This document shows positions 21,181 through 31,569 of a stretch of DNA of 64,000 nt, piece after piece. Position 1 is the stretch's first letter, and each line of letters starts with the position of its first letter. The notes beneath the pieces were generated by a model that searched no databases, was not told where the DNA came from, and saw only the letters and a program-made list of their open reading frames with translations. Source of the stretch: an uncultured Bacilli bacterium. GTDB taxonomy: Bacteria > Bacillota_I > Bacilli_A > RFN20 > CAG-826. The stretch lies in contig CAKPBC010000008.1 of the NCBI GenBank assembly GCA_934140155.1, positions 1 through 64,000 of the forward strand, in the 5' to 3' direction. The position numbers were made by a program, and so were the translations under genes.

Positions 21181-23094
21181 ATGTTAAAAATTACTTTAAA
21201 AGACGGAAGCACTATTGATGTTGAAGAAGGAAAATTAATTATTGAAGTTGCTAAAAGCATTTCTTCTAGTTTAGCTAAAAATTCAGTTGTGGCTAAATTA
21301 GATGGGAATCTTGTTGATTTAAAAACTCCTATTACTAAAGATTGCTCTTTAGAATTAGTGACTTTAGAAGATCCAGAAGCTTTCCCAGTCTTAAACCATT
21401 CTTGTGCTCACTTACTAGCCCAAGCAATGAAGAGATTATATAAAAATGTTAAATTCGGTGTTGGCCCAAGCATTGAAGAAGGCTTCTACTATGACTTCGG
21501 TGTTGAAGAATCAATTACGAGTGATGATTTTGCTAAAATCGAAGCTGAAATGAAAAAGATTGTTAAAGAAAACTTGCCAATTAATCACTACTATTTAAGT
21601 AAAGATGAAGCTAAAGAAAAATTTGCAGGCGATCCTTATAAATGTGAATTAATTGACGCTGTTGATGATGATAAAGTGGGAATCTATGAACAAGGCGATT
21701 ACGCTGATGTATGTCGTGGTCCTCACGTTATCTCAACTGGCGTATTAAAGAACTTTAAATTATTAAATGTTGCCGGTGCTTATTGGCGTGGAGATTCCAA
21801 AAATCCAATGTTAACAAGAATTTATGGTACTTGCTATCCAACTAGCGAAGCACTTGAAAAACATTTACAAGATTTAGAGGAACGTAAAAAACGCGATCAT
21901 CGTAAATTAGGTAAAGAACTTGGTTTATTTATGATTTCCGAATTTGGTCCAGGACTTCCATTCTGGTTACCAAAAGGTTATCAATTGCGTCGTACCCTTG
22001 AAGATTTCTGGCTTGATTTACATCGTAAGAATGGTTATGTCGTTGTTGACACTCCAATTATGTTATCCAAAGAATTATGGGAAATTTCTGGTCACTGGGA
22101 TCACTATAAAGAAGATATGTTCATTACTCACGCTGATGAAGATGAATATGCAATTAAGCCAATGAACTGTCCTGGCGCTATTCTTGTTTATAAAAACGAT
22201 TTACATTCTTATAAAGATTTGCCACTCCGTATTGCAGAACTTGGTCACGTCCATAGATATGAGGCAAGTGGTGCTTTAAATGGTTTATTCCGTGTTCGTA
22301 CATTCACACAAGATGATGCTCATATTTTATTAACTGAAGATCAAATTGGTGCAGAAATCGAAAGAATCATTAAGATTTATGACCAAGTTTATTCAATATT
22401 TGGTTTAAATTATCATATCGAATTATCTACTCGTCCAGAAGAAAACTATATTGGTGATATTAAAGTTTGGGATAAAGCTGAAGCTGATTTAATTAGAGTA
22501 TGTAAAGAAACTGGTAAAGAATTTAAAATCAATCCAGGCGATGGCGCATTCTATGGTCCTAAACTTGACTTCAAACTTCGTGACTCCATGAATCGTATTT
22601 GGCAATGTGGCACCATTCAATTAGATATGCAACTTCCAGGAAGATTTGATTGTACTTATATTGATGAAAATGGTCAAAAAGTTACTCCTGTTATGATTCA
22701 CCGTGCTTGCTTTGGATCTCTTGAAAGATTCATTGGTATTATTATTGAAAACTATGCTGGCGCTTTCCCAACTTGGTTAGCCCCTGTTCAAGTTAACTTA
22801 TTACCAGTTGTTGGTGATATCCATAGTGCCTACGCTAAAGAAGTCAAATCAATCTTAGAAGAAAATGGTTTAAGAGTTAATATTGATGATCGTAATGAAA
22901 AACTTGGTTACCGTTTAAGAGAATCACAAATCCAAAAGATTCCTTATACACTTGTAATTGGCGATAATGAGATGAATACTAAGAGTGTTACATATCGTAA
23001 ATATGGTACTAAAGAACAAATCACTGTTTCTCTTGATGAATTCATTTCAATGATTTTAAAAGAAATTAAAGAAAAAAAGCCTTTAAATGCATAA
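21181..23094 (+). CDS. thrS: Threonine--tRNA ligase
   Basis: TGS, editing and class II catalytic domains; 637 aa. Confidence 0.9.
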   Translation: MLKITLKDGSTIDVEEGKLIIEVAKSISSSLAKNSVVAKLDGNLVDLKTPITKDCSLELVTLEDPEAFPVLNHSCAHLLAQAMKRLYKNVKFGVGPSIEEGFYYDFGVEESITSDDFAKIEAEMKKIVKENLPINHYYLSKDEAKEKFAGDPYKCELIDAVDDDKVGIYEQGDYADVCRGPHVISTGVLKNFKLLNVAGAYWRGDSKNPMLTRIYGTCYPTSEALEKHLQDLEERKKRDHRKLGKELGLFMISEFGPGLPFWLPKGYQLRRTLEDFWLDLHRKNGYVVVDTPIMLSKELWEISGHWDHYKEDMFITHADEDEYAIKPMNCPGAILVYKNDLHSYKDLPLRIAELGHVHRYEASGALNGLFRVRTFTQDDAHILLTEDQIGAEIERIIKIYDQVYSIFGLNYHIELSTRPEENYIGDIKVWDKAEADLIRVCKETGKEFKINPGDGAFYGPKLDFKLRDSMNRIWQCGTIQLDMQLPGRFDCTYIDENGQKVTPVMIHRACFGSLERFIGIIIENYAGAFPTWLAPVQVNLLPVVGDIHSAYAKEVKSILEENGLRVNIDDRNEKLGYRLRESQIQKIPYTLVIGDNEMNTKSVTYRKYGTKEQITVSLDEFISMILKEIKEKKPLNA

Positions 23095-23122
23095 TTGATG
23101 TCAGAAAAGCATAAAATTAATG

Positions 23123-23152
23123 TTGACATATTAGCATTTATAGTGTAGTATT
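23123..23152 (+). promoter_or_regulatory. Putative promoter of infC-rpmI-rplT operon (TTGACA -35)
   Basis: TTGACA at 23123 with A/T-rich -10 candidates 17-18 nt downstream. Confidence 0.35.
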
Positions 23153-23159
23153 ATTACGC

Positions 23160-23278
23160 GAACAAAATACGTGGAAAGAAGAGGCGCCCGCTTCTCACCT
23201 GATTCACAAAGTGAATAGGTAAATGTCACATATCGTTAAGATATTTTCACGGGCGCATCCTGCGTCCGTTTTTTAGTT
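23160..23278 (+). ncRNA. L20-responsive leader/attenuator of the infC operon
   Basis: Alternative pairing GAGGCGCCCG vs CGGGCGC, terminator GGGCGC-ATCCT-GCGTCC followed by T6, located between promoter and infC RBS. Confidence 0.55.
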
Positions 23279-23294
23279 CAAAGGAGGAATTATT

Positions 23295-23855
23295 ATTTAC
23301 AACCCAAATTTTACTAACCCACAACAACAAAGACCAGAAAAGACTAACAATGATTTAGTTAATGAAGCAATTCGCTTTCCTACAGTCTTAGTAATTGGCC
23401 CAAATGGTGAATCATTTGGTACGATGTCTCGTTTTGACGCTTTAAACAAAGCAAGATACTTAAATTTAGATTTACTCTGTGTTGCGCCTCAAGCTCAACC
23501 ACCAGTATGCAAAATCTTAAACTATGGTAAATATCGCTTTGAAGCTCAAAAGAAACAAAAACTTAATAAGAAGAAACAAGCTGTTGTCAATATCAAGGAA
23601 GTTCGCTTAACTCCACAAATTGGTATGCACGACTTAGAAACTAAAGCTAACCAAGCAAGTAAGTTCTTACAAAATGGTGATAAAGTTAAAGTTTCTGTAC
23701 GTTTCCGCGGTCGTCAATTATCGCACGTTGAAGTTGGTGAAGAGGTTTTAAATAAGTTTTTTGAACTTGTAAATGAATATGCAGTAATGGAGAAAAAGCC
23801 AGCATTAGATGGCAAATTCTTAAATGCAGTTTTAGCATCAAAAGTTAAAAAATAG
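23295..23855 (+). CDS. infC: Translation initiation factor IF-3 with non-canonical ATT start codon
   Basis: In-frame N-terminal extension (NDLVNEAIRFPTVLVIGPNGESFG) matches the IF3 N-domain. There is no ATG. Three in-frame ATT codons follow AAGGAGGA; the first ATG listed in the ORF track is internal. Confidence 0.7.
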   Translation: MYNPNFTNPQQQRPEKTNNDLVNEAIRFPTVLVIGPNGESFGTMSRFDALNKARYLNLDLLCVAPQAQPPVCKILNYGKYRFEAQKKQKLNKKKQAVVNIKEVRLTPQIGMHDLETKANQASKFLQNGDKVKVSVRFRGRQLSHVEVGEEVLNKFFELVNEYAVMEKKPALDGKFLNAVLASKVKK

Positions 23856-23867
23856 GAGGAACGTAGT

Positions 23868-24059
23868 ATGCCAAAAATGAAAACAAAACGTGCTTTAGCA
23901 AAACGTGTTAAAAAAGTTGGTAATGGTAAATTAAAAATCAATTCCGCTTATACTTCACACTTAGCACACAACAAAACACACAAACAAAAAAGACAATTAA
24001 GAAAGGCTTCATATGTATCTAAGAGCGATTACAAACGCATTAAATACTTGATGCAATAA
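23868..24059 (+). CDS. rpmI: 50S ribosomal protein L35
   Basis: [13 protein letters not shown]. Confidence 0.9.
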   Translation: MPKMKTKRALAKRVKKVGNGKLKINSAYTSHLAHNKTHKQKRQLRKASYVSKSDYKRIKYLMQ

Positions 24060-24075
24060 TTAGGAGGTAAGAGTC

Positions 24076-24432
24076 ATGAGAGTAAAGAATAGTGTCGTCA
24101 CAAGAGCAAGACGTAAAAAAGTACTCAAAAGAGCAAAAGGCTATTTCGGTAGCAAACACCTCTTATTCAAATCTGCTAAAGAACAAGTAATGCATTCATT
24201 ACGTTATGCGTTTAGAGATCGTAAACAAGTTAAACGTGATTACCGTAAATTATGGATTAAACGTATTAACGCTGCTTGCAGAATGAATGATATTTCTTAT
24301 TCAAAATTCATGCATGGATTAAAATTAGCTAACATCAACATGAACCGTAAATCATTATCTGAATTAGCTATCAATGATCCAAAAGCATTCACTAAGTACG
24401 TTGAACTTAGTAAAAAAGCTTTAGCTAAATAG
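24076..24432 (+). CDS. rplT: 50S ribosomal protein L20
   Basis: 118 aa, basic, conserved L20 sequence. Confidence 0.9.
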   Translation: MRVKNSVVTRARRKKVLKRAKGYFGSKHLLFKSAKEQVMHSLRYAFRDRKQVKRDYRKLWIKRINAACRMNDISYSKFMHGLKLANINMNRKSLSELAINDPKAFTKYVELSKKALAK

Positions 24433-24445
24433 TTCGCTTATTAAA

Positions 24446-24475
24446 TGCAACTCAATTGGGTTGCATTTTTTATTT
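24446..24475. terminator. Bidirectional rho-independent terminator between rplT and ytfJ
   Basis: TGCAAC-TCAATTGG-GTTGCA then T6A T3. Confidence 0.65.
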
Positions 24476-24868
24476 ATTTCTTTTCTTATCTTTCATCATA
24501 TATTTAGATACATCTTTATATACTTCAAATAATCTGTCATAAATAGTTTTATTTTCTTTCATTTTAATAATCTCAACTTTTCCATTATTAATATATAAAA
24601 ATGCTTCTGGATTTAAAGACAATCCACCTAGACTACCTCCTGCTAGAGGAAAATCACTTGAATACTCAAATAACAAGTCATTACTATTATTTTCTTTTTC
24701 TAATTCACTGCCACCAAACCCAAATCCAAATGTTAAGCGTGATATTGGTACAATCATTTCTTTATCATTTATCTTTAAAGGCGTACCAATAATTTCTGAA
24801 GAATCTAAAATAGTTTTTATACTTGTTAATGTTGATAGCATAACATTTTTAAAAGAATTATTTTCCAT
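24470..24868 (-). CDS. ytfJ: YtfJ/GerW-family sporulation-associated protein
   Basis: PISRLTFGFGFGGSE motif typical of YtfJ. Confidence 0.6.
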   Translation of the reverse strand: MENNSFKNVMLSTLTSIKTILDSSEIIGTPLKINDKEMIVPISRLTFGFGFGGSELEKENNSNDLLFEYSSDFPLAGGSLGGLSLNPEAFLYINNGKVEIIKMKENKTIYDRLFEVYKDVSKYMMKDKKRNK

Positions 24869-25346
24869 AACTTAAGTCTCTCCTTATAATTTTATTTTTT
24901 AAAATATTAATAATTTTTAGATTTAGTTTCCCCTCTAATAAATAATCATTATTTGATGCATTGTGTAAATAAATAAAGTGCATTTTACGATATATTTTTA
25001 GATTCGATAAGATATAATTACTTCCAAATAATAAAGCATCAAATGGTCCAATAGATGAATTATATAAATATATTTTTATATATTTAAAATCAATATTTTC
25101 TATTAATTTTTTAATATCAATTTTAAATTTAGGTTTAGGACTAGTAATAATTGAAGCAATGATTTCTCCTAGTTCTATTTCAAGTATTTTTATTTTAAAT
25201 AAATATACTTTAATAAAGCGATATGTAATAATAACTTTTATTTTTAAATTAATAAATAAAAACATAGTTACAAATAACAAAATCAATAATAATATGAGCA
25301 AAATAATCATTAACGTTTTCATAATAATATTATTAACTTGCTTCAA
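24858..25346 (-). CDS. ytfI: YtfI-like membrane protein (DUF2953-like)
   Basis: N-terminal TM, located upstream of ytfJ as in Bacillus. Confidence 0.45.
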   Translation of the reverse strand: MKQVNNIIMKTLMIILLILLLILLFVTMFLFINLKIKVIITYRFIKVYLFKIKILEIELGEIIASIITSPKPKFKIDIKKLIENIDFKYIKIYLYNSSIGPFDALLFGSNYILSNLKIYRKMHFIYLHNASNNDYLLEGKLNLKIINILKNKIIRRDLSYGK

Positions 25347-25396
25347 TAAAATAATTCAAAAAAAATGCCATAGCGGAATTCTATGGCATTTTAAAT

Positions 25397-25606
25397 CTAT
25401 TTTCTACTTGATTGTTTTCTTGAAGAAGAACGTTTACTTGATGAACATCCACGTTTAGATTCATGATTAGAATTTCTAACGCGCGAGTTATTTACATCTA
25501 AATCTTCTCCATATTCATATTTAGTTCCACGTTGCTTATTAGTAGTAGCAGCTTTTTTTGTAGAACTTTTTCTTGTAGTGCTTTTGTTAGAACGACTTTG
25601 TCTCAC
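25397..25606 (-). CDS. Small highly basic Ser/Arg/Lys-rich protein (start likely GTG at 25606)
   Basis: GGAGG RBS 8 nt upstream of GTG; about 69 aa, low-complexity S/K/R. Confidence 0.4.
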   Translation of the reverse strand: MRQSRSNKSTTRKSSTKKAATTNKQRGTKYEYGEDLDVNNSRVRNSNHESKRGCSSSKRSSSRKQSSRK

Positions 25607-25651
25607 AAATTTCACCTCCTATTGAGGTTAGTTTTTGCGTATTTTTAAAAA

Positions 25652-26851
25652 TTATAAATAATTCTTATCATCCGCGTTATTTTTTTCATCAATAACGATA
25701 GTTTCAACATTTTCTACACAATATTTAATATCACTTTCAAAATCAAATTTTTGTTCGAATGCTTCGACTTCATCTAATTTTGGCATTGTTTTAGGATTTT
25801 TTGGTTCAAAAATTGTGCAGCAATCTTCATAAGGTCGAATGGATATATCATAAGTATTAATCTTTTTTGCCAATTTAATAATTTCAATTTTATCCATTAT
25901 CGCGACTGGACGAATAATTGGAGTATTAGTAACACTATTAATAACATTTATTGAAGCAAGCGTTTGTGAGGCTACTTGTCCTACTGATTCTCCATTAGAA
26001 ATTGCTAAGCATTTATATTTTTTAGCCAAACGTTCCGCGATACGATACATCATACGACGCATAATGGTAATTGCATAAGATTCATTCGAATATTTATAAA
26101 TATCTTCTTGTAACTTGGTAAATGGAACAACATGAATTTTAATACGTGCTTGATAGCGATTAAGTTCTTTACAAATATCTTTTAATTTATCAATTACCGC
26201 TTCACTAGTATATGGTGGAGAAGCAAAGTGTACGCATTCAATTTTAACTCCTCTTTTCATCATTAAATATGCCGCAACTGGGGAATCAATACCGCCTGAT
26301 ATCATATGAAGTGCTTTGCCACCCACTCCTAAAGGATAGCCACCTGCACCTAATATGTCACTTGTAAATATATAAGCAACATCCGCGCGAATAGTAATAG
26401 ATACTAAAACATCTGGATTATGAATATCTACTTTATAATTAGTATTTTGCAAAACATATCTGGCGATAATGCGATTAATTTCATCGCTAATGATTGGATA
26501 TAATTTATCAGCGCGTTTTGCTTTTATTTTAAAAGTATTTTTATTTTCTTTTTTAAGTAAATCCAAAACCATATTTTTTAAGTTTTCGATGTCACGATCA
26601 ACTTTCATGACAAGCGAAAAAGAATAAATTCCTGATACATCTTTTAATCTTTCAATAATTGGTTCATAGTCAGTATCATTTAATTTGATATAGATATGAT
26701 CCATGCGTACTTGATATTCAAGATTTTTAAAATCTTTTAAAGCATGTTTAACATTAACACCTAATGTATTAATAAAATCTTTTTTGTTTTTTCCTTTGGT
26801 AGATAACTCACCAAATCTTATCATAATATGATCATAGTTAATATTGTTCAT
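25652..26851 (-). CDS. thiI: tRNA 4-thiouridine synthase ThiI
   Basis: THUMP domain and PP-loop SGGIDSPVAA. Confidence 0.85.
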   Translation of the reverse strand: MNNINYDHIMIRFGELSTKGKNKKDFINTLGVNVKHALKDFKNLEYQVRMDHIYIKLNDTDYEPIIERLKDVSGIYSFSLVMKVDRDIENLKNMVLDLLKKENKNTFKIKAKRADKLYPIISDEINRIIARYVLQNTNYKVDIHNPDVLVSITIRADVAYIFTSDILGAGGYPLGVGGKALHMISGGIDSPVAAYLMMKRGVKIECVHFASPPYTSEAVIDKLKDICKELNRYQARIKIHVVPFTKLQEDIYKYSNESYAITIMRRMMYRIAERLAKKYKCLAISNGESVGQVASQTLASINVINSVTNTPIIRPVAIMDKIEIIKLAKKINTYDISIRPYEDCCTIFEPKNPKTMPKLDEVEAFEQKFDFESDIKYCVENVETIVIDEKNNADDKNYL

Positions 26852-26855
26852 TATA

Positions 26856-27992
26856 TTACTCCTGTTCTTTAGTACTTTCTAGAATGTTATGTAAAGTAGT
26901 TATGAATATTTTTGCTTCTTCTAAGGTATTTGATTCATCAAAACTTAAACGGATTGGATTAGAGGCTTCCACGCTATTTTTATTCATAGCCGCTAGAACG
27001 TAAGACTTGTTGCTTTTCTTTGAAGAACAAGCAGAAATTGTTGATACCATAATATCTTTAAGCGATAAAGCTTCAACAACTACACTTGCTTTATGGCGTA
27101 ATAAAGAAAAGTTTAATATGAAAGGTGATGCATCTAAAGATGAATTAATTACTACTTCATCAAAATTTGCTAATTCCTTTCGAATATAATTATTAATCTC
27201 TTGAACTTTTTTTATTTTTTTATCTTTGTTTTCAAAAGCAAGACGTAATGTTTTCGCTAATGTCACATCTTTTGGCATATCACTAGTACCACTTCTTAAA
27301 TTAAATTCTTGTCCGCCACCAGATAAAAGCGGTAATGGTTTAATGTTTTTTCTTATTGCTAAAAATCCAGATCCTTTTAAGCCATGAATTTTGTGACTTG
27401 AAGCAATAAACATATCAATCAAATTATAATTAACATCAATTTTAGTTATCGATTGCGTCGTATCAGAATGAAAGAAACATTTTGGATATTCATGGACAAT
27501 TTTACTTAGTGCTTCAATATCATTAATTTCGCCAGTTTCATTATTAACATGCATTATCGAAACCAAAATTGTATCGTTTCGCATAGCTTTTCTTAATGTA
27601 TCTGGTTCAATTATACCTTTTTTATTAACAGGCAAAATAGTTACTTCAAAACCAAATTCTTCTTCTAATTGTTTAAAAGCATTAAGAACTGAAGGATGTT
27701 CCACATTAGTGGTTATCAAATGTTTCCCGCGGTTTTTATACGCTAAAGCGACACCTTTAATAGCTAGGTTATTTGATTCAGTTGCACCAGAAGTAAATAT
27801 AATTTCATAGTTTTTATCTAAGCCTAAAAGACTTAACACTTGTTCACGCGCTAAGTTTAATAGACGGCTACTTTCTAAACCTATTTTATGGTTACTAGAA
27901 GGATTACCATAATATTTTTCTACAAGTTGATTAAAAGATACTAGCAACTCTTTATTGACGCTTGTCGTCGCAGCATTATCAAAATAAATCAA
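26856..27992 (-). CDS. iscS: Cysteine desulfurase (NifZ/IscS-like, class V aminotransferase)
   Basis: PLP-lysine region SSHKIHGLKG; synteny with thiI. Confidence 0.8.
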   Translation of the reverse strand: MIYFDNAATTSVNKELLVSFNQLVEKYYGNPSSNHKIGLESSRLLNLAREQVLSLLGLDKNYEIIFTSGATESNNLAIKGVALAYKNRGKHLITTNVEHPSVLNAFKQLEEEFGFEVTILPVNKKGIIEPDTLRKAMRNDTILVSIMHVNNETGEINDIEALSKIVHEYPKCFFHSDTTQSITKIDVNYNLIDMFIASSHKIHGLKGSGFLAIRKNIKPLPLLSGGGQEFNLRSGTSDMPKDVTLAKTLRLAFENKDKKIKKVQEINNYIRKELANFDEVVINSSLDASPFILNFSLLRHKASVVVEALSLKDIMVSTISACSSKKSNKSYVLAAMNKNSVEASNPIRLSFDESNTLEEAKIFITTLHNILESTKEQE

Positions 27993-28051
27993 AATAAAAC
28001 CTCCACTTAATTTAGAATATGCAATCAGTTAAATTTTAACTGAGTTAAAGC

Positions 28052-29794
28052 CTATTCTTTTTCAATATTTGATGCATGTTTAAGTTTTTTAGTTGTGTTT
28101 CCTGCATCTAAATAAGCTTTTTCAAATTCTAAATCGAAAAATGATGTTTCGACTTGATTTAATAATACTTTAATATCACTTAAATGATATCTTTCTCTAT
28201 TAGCGTACACCACTAAACTTTCAGTTAATAAGGCAAAGTTAGCATTTTCTTCATTAGATTTAACTAATTCATCTTTATATTTAATAAAATTCATAACTAG
28301 ATTATTAATATTAGCAATATCAATTGGTTTAACTTTTAATAGTGCATCAATTTCATCAATAAGGGCAAATGCTTTAGCAAATGCTTCTTTTTGCTGATTT
28401 TCATAATCAGTTACATAAGTTTCATGAATAACTTTATAAGTATTTTTAAGTTCAAAATATCCATTATAAATGATGTCATTTGCGCTATTAAAATCACTTT
28501 CAAGTGATAATAAATACGATGAGAAATCATTTAATTTTAAGGAAGCCACTTTTGCTTCGTCCGCTAATTCATTACATTTATTGCGGAGTAATGAATAAGG
28601 TTGTTTGGTATTTGAATGAATATAAGTATCTAAAGTACGTTTGATAGTATCAAGACGAGAAACATTGAATTTAATAACATCGATTTCATTAATATATTTA
28701 TCAGACATAATATAGTCTTTTTGAACTTCTGGAATAATATTACAAATTTTTACTGATTTATTTTCTAAATCTTTCACTGATTTATAAACATCATCAATTG
28801 AAGAAGAAAATTCTTCCTTAGCGCTCTTTTCTTCTTCAAATTTTTCTAATAATTTATTAATACATTCCAAAATGTTTTCTAAATCATCGTTACAGTTTTT
28901 TAGTTTGAATGATTTCAAACGTTGTGTTATATCTTGTAAAGAAGCCTCAAATTGTTCAATAGTGCTATTAACATGAAGATGATTTAAAGGATAACCTTGC
29001 TCAATCATTTCTTGATATTTTAATTTTAATACTGAAATCTTATTTGGAACAACATTACTAACTTTAACACATAATAATGGTAATTGTTCAATTACTGGTT
29101 TAAGTTCTTTAATAGCCATATCAATGCGTTCAAGTATGGCATCAACATTTTCATAATCAGCGCGATCAATTGCTTCATCAAAACGTTTAAATGCTTCATC
29201 GATATTATTAAATAAAATATCAAATGAATCTTCCACTAATTTTAATTCGCCTTCATGTTCAAAATATAAAGCTTTAATATTTCTTAAATCTTCTTTTTGG
29301 GCTAAAGCTTTCTTTTGGGCTTCGTTTTCATTATGTAATAAATCATTTAATTCATTTACGAATGCTTCAATTTGATTACAATAATCTTCCAATATAGCGC
29401 GATTTCTTTTAATGCTTTCTTTATTAGCTTTGCCTTTAGTTTTGTCTAAACTATCATGAAGCATTTGTAAAGCATTTGTGGCTTGATCATTTTGTGTTTG
29501 TAATAAATCTTCATATTTCTTTAATAAATTAGTATAAGTGTCAACATAAAGTAAGTTGCAACTAGAAATAGCATAAATTCTTTTTAAAGATGAAGAAGCT
29601 TCACCTATTAAAACTGTACGATAATGTTCGTATTTTTTTTCAATTTCTCTTGTTGCTTTTGCTAATCTATGCTTTTTAAGTACTAAATTAAATAAAGTTA
29701 TAAGTACAAATATCACAATAATTGCCACAATCATAACAATAAAAATAATATTTATATTTTTGTTCCACCAATCACTAAACTTACTTAAAGTCAT
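28052..29794 (-). CDS. ezrA: Septation ring formation regulator EzrA
   Basis: N-terminal TM anchor, about 560 aa of coiled-coil, synteny with iscS-thiI. Confidence 0.75.
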   Translation of the reverse strand: MTLSKFSDWWNKNINIIFIVMIVAIIVIFVLITLFNLVLKKHRLAKATREIEKKYEHYRTVLIGEASSSLKRIYAISSCNLLYVDTYTNLLKKYEDLLQTQNDQATNALQMLHDSLDKTKGKANKESIKRNRAILEDYCNQIEAFVNELNDLLHNENEAQKKALAQKEDLRNIKALYFEHEGELKLVEDSFDILFNNIDEAFKRFDEAIDRADYENVDAILERIDMAIKELKPVIEQLPLLCVKVSNVVPNKISVLKLKYQEMIEQGYPLNHLHVNSTIEQFEASLQDITQRLKSFKLKNCNDDLENILECINKLLEKFEEEKSAKEEFSSSIDDVYKSVKDLENKSVKICNIIPEVQKDYIMSDKYINEIDVIKFNVSRLDTIKRTLDTYIHSNTKQPYSLLRNKCNELADEAKVASLKLNDFSSYLLSLESDFNSANDIIYNGYFELKNTYKVIHETYVTDYENQQKEAFAKAFALIDEIDALLKVKPIDIANINNLVMNFIKYKDELVKSNEENANFALLTESLVVYANRERYHLSDIKVLLNQVETSFFDLEFEKAYLDAGNTTKKLKHASNIEKE

Positions 29795-29993
29795 ATCAAA
29801 ACACCTCTCATCGTATTGACTATTTTAGTATAACATAAAAATAAATAAATAATTATTTATTTTCTAAAATTGCTATAAAATTTTAAAAGGTCATAAAAAC
29901 TCATGTTCTATGACCTAATAATTATTTCTTTTCGTCTAGTAATATAAAATTTATTATTACATTTATGATTAATTCTTTTTTTAATAAATAGCA

Positions 29994-30737
29994 TTATTTA
30001 TAATACTCTTCATCACTAACTTGTTCGCACCATTCATTGCTAGTTTCTTCGCCCGGTACTTCAATAGCTAAATGTGAAAACCAAGAATCTTCACTTGCAC
30101 CATGCCAATGTTTAACACCTGGTTTAATGTTTATAACATCTCCTGGTAACATTGTCACTTTTTCTTTACCCCATTCTTGATAATATCCTTTTCCTGCAAC
30201 GCAAATTAAGATTTGTCCTCCACCATTTTTAGCATGATGAATATGCCAGTTATTACGACATTTAGGTTCAAATGTAACATTAAAAATACCAACTTGTGAT
30301 GTTGAAAGTGGCGCTAAAAAACTTTGACCGATAAAGTACTTAGCAAAACTGACATTAGGTTCACCAATTGGAAAAATCATACTTGCTTGATGTTTTGCTT
30401 TTGCATCTTCACTATTTTCTTCTTTCCAAACTTCTTTTGCAAGATTAAATGCACCCCATGCTTTTGGCCAACCAGCATAAAAAGCAATATGGGTAATAAT
30501 GCTTGCTATTTCTTTTCTTGTTACCCCGTTTTTCTTAGCATTTTCTAAATGATATACCAATGACGAATCAGTAATTCCCATTGATATAAGTGCGGTTAAT
30601 GTTACAATACATCTTGTTTTAACATCAATATCTTCGTTATTCCAATTTTCACCAAATAAGACATCATCATTAAAATGGGCAAATTCTCCTAAAGCTTTTC
30701 TTCCTGCAGTTTGTGTTGTTTTTTTCATAATATTCAC
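29994..30737 (-). CDS. Carboxymuconolactone decarboxylase-family domain fused to cupin domain protein
   Basis: N-terminal CMD-like helical domain; C-terminal cupin HxH..H motifs. Confidence 0.5.
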   Translation of the reverse strand: MNIMKKTTQTAGRKALGEFAHFNDDVLFGENWNNEDIDVKTRCIVTLTALISMGITDSSLVYHLENAKKNGVTRKEIASIITHIAFYAGWPKAWGAFNLAKEVWKEENSEDAKAKHQASMIFPIGEPNVSFAKYFIGQSFLAPLSTSQVGIFNVTFEPKCRNNWHIHHAKNGGGQILICVAGKGYYQEWGKEKVTMLPGDVINIKPGVKHWHGASEDSWFSHLAIEVPGEETSNEWCEQVSDEEYYK

Positions 30738-30813
30738 CTCACATACAATATAATACCTAAACCTAACTTTAGGTCAATAGTGTATAATAAAAACACCACA
30801 ATTAAGTGATGTT

Positions 30814-31569
30814 TTACTCATTAATATGGAAAGTTAATTCCCCGTAATATAAATCTTTACTAACTCCATCTACTAGAACATGTAAGGAATTATCTTTATT
30901 AATTTCTAATACTTTAATTAGTTTCTTTTCGTTATTAATTTCGCCATATACTTCTTTGTTATATAGATAATTATATTTATTAGCAATAACTAAATAATCA
31001 TCATTATCTACTTTAACCTGTTCTAATATATTTAAGATATTTTTAAATAACTCATTTTTAAACACATTGATATCAATAGTTTTATTAATTTCTAAATAAT
31101 AACTTGTTGCTTTATTTTTTAAACTTTCATCAAATGATTTAACATTTAAATTAACGCCTATTCCAACTACTAAGAATTTAATTTCATTATCTAATGATAT
31201 ACTCTCTAATAATATTCCTGTAATCTTTTTATCATTAACATACACATCATTTGGCCATTTAATGGTAACATTTTCTAAACCAAATGACTTTAGAGTAATT
31301 AAAGTAGCAACTGCGGAACTAATAGAAATAGAAGAAAACTTTTTAATTAGTAGTGGGTCTTTAATTATAAATGAGAACATCAAATTCTCACCACTTTTAC
31401 TTTCCCAACTTCTTCCCATTCTGCCGTGCCCATTACTTTGATAATCCGCACTTACAAATGTTAAATCTTCTAATTCCTCATAGTGCTTTTTAATATAAGT
31501 TGATGTTGAATCAATTGTTTCAAAATGAATTTCTTTAACTATCTTTTTCTTCATAAGGATGTGTTTCAA
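30814..31569 (-). CDS. birA: Biotin--[acetyl-CoA-carboxylase] ligase (group I, no HTH)
   Basis: GHGRMGRSW biotin-binding motif. Confidence 0.8.
   Translation of the reverse strand: MKHILMKKKIVKEIHFETIDSTSTYIKKHYEELEDLTFVSADYQSNGHGRMGRSWESKSGENLMFSFIIKDPLLIKKFSSISISSAVATLITLKSFGLENVTIKWPNDVYVNDKKITGILLESISLDNEIKFLVVGIGVNLNVKSFDESLKNKATSYYLEINKTIDINVFKNELFKNILNILEQVKVDNDDYLVIANKYNYLYNKEVYGEINNEKKLIKVLEINKDNSLHVLVDGVSKDLYYGELTFHINE

Noticed and set aside
21944-23129. Short ORFs inside or overlapping thrS
   Set aside because: Nested in conserved aaRS gene
23714-23941. 75-aa minus ORF across infC/rpmI junction
   Set aside because: Antisense to ribosomal operon
24601-24792. 63-aa ORF opposite ytfJ
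   Set aside because: Antisense shadow
25159-25458. 99-aa plus ORF opposite ytfI
   Set aside because: AT-rich antisense ORF
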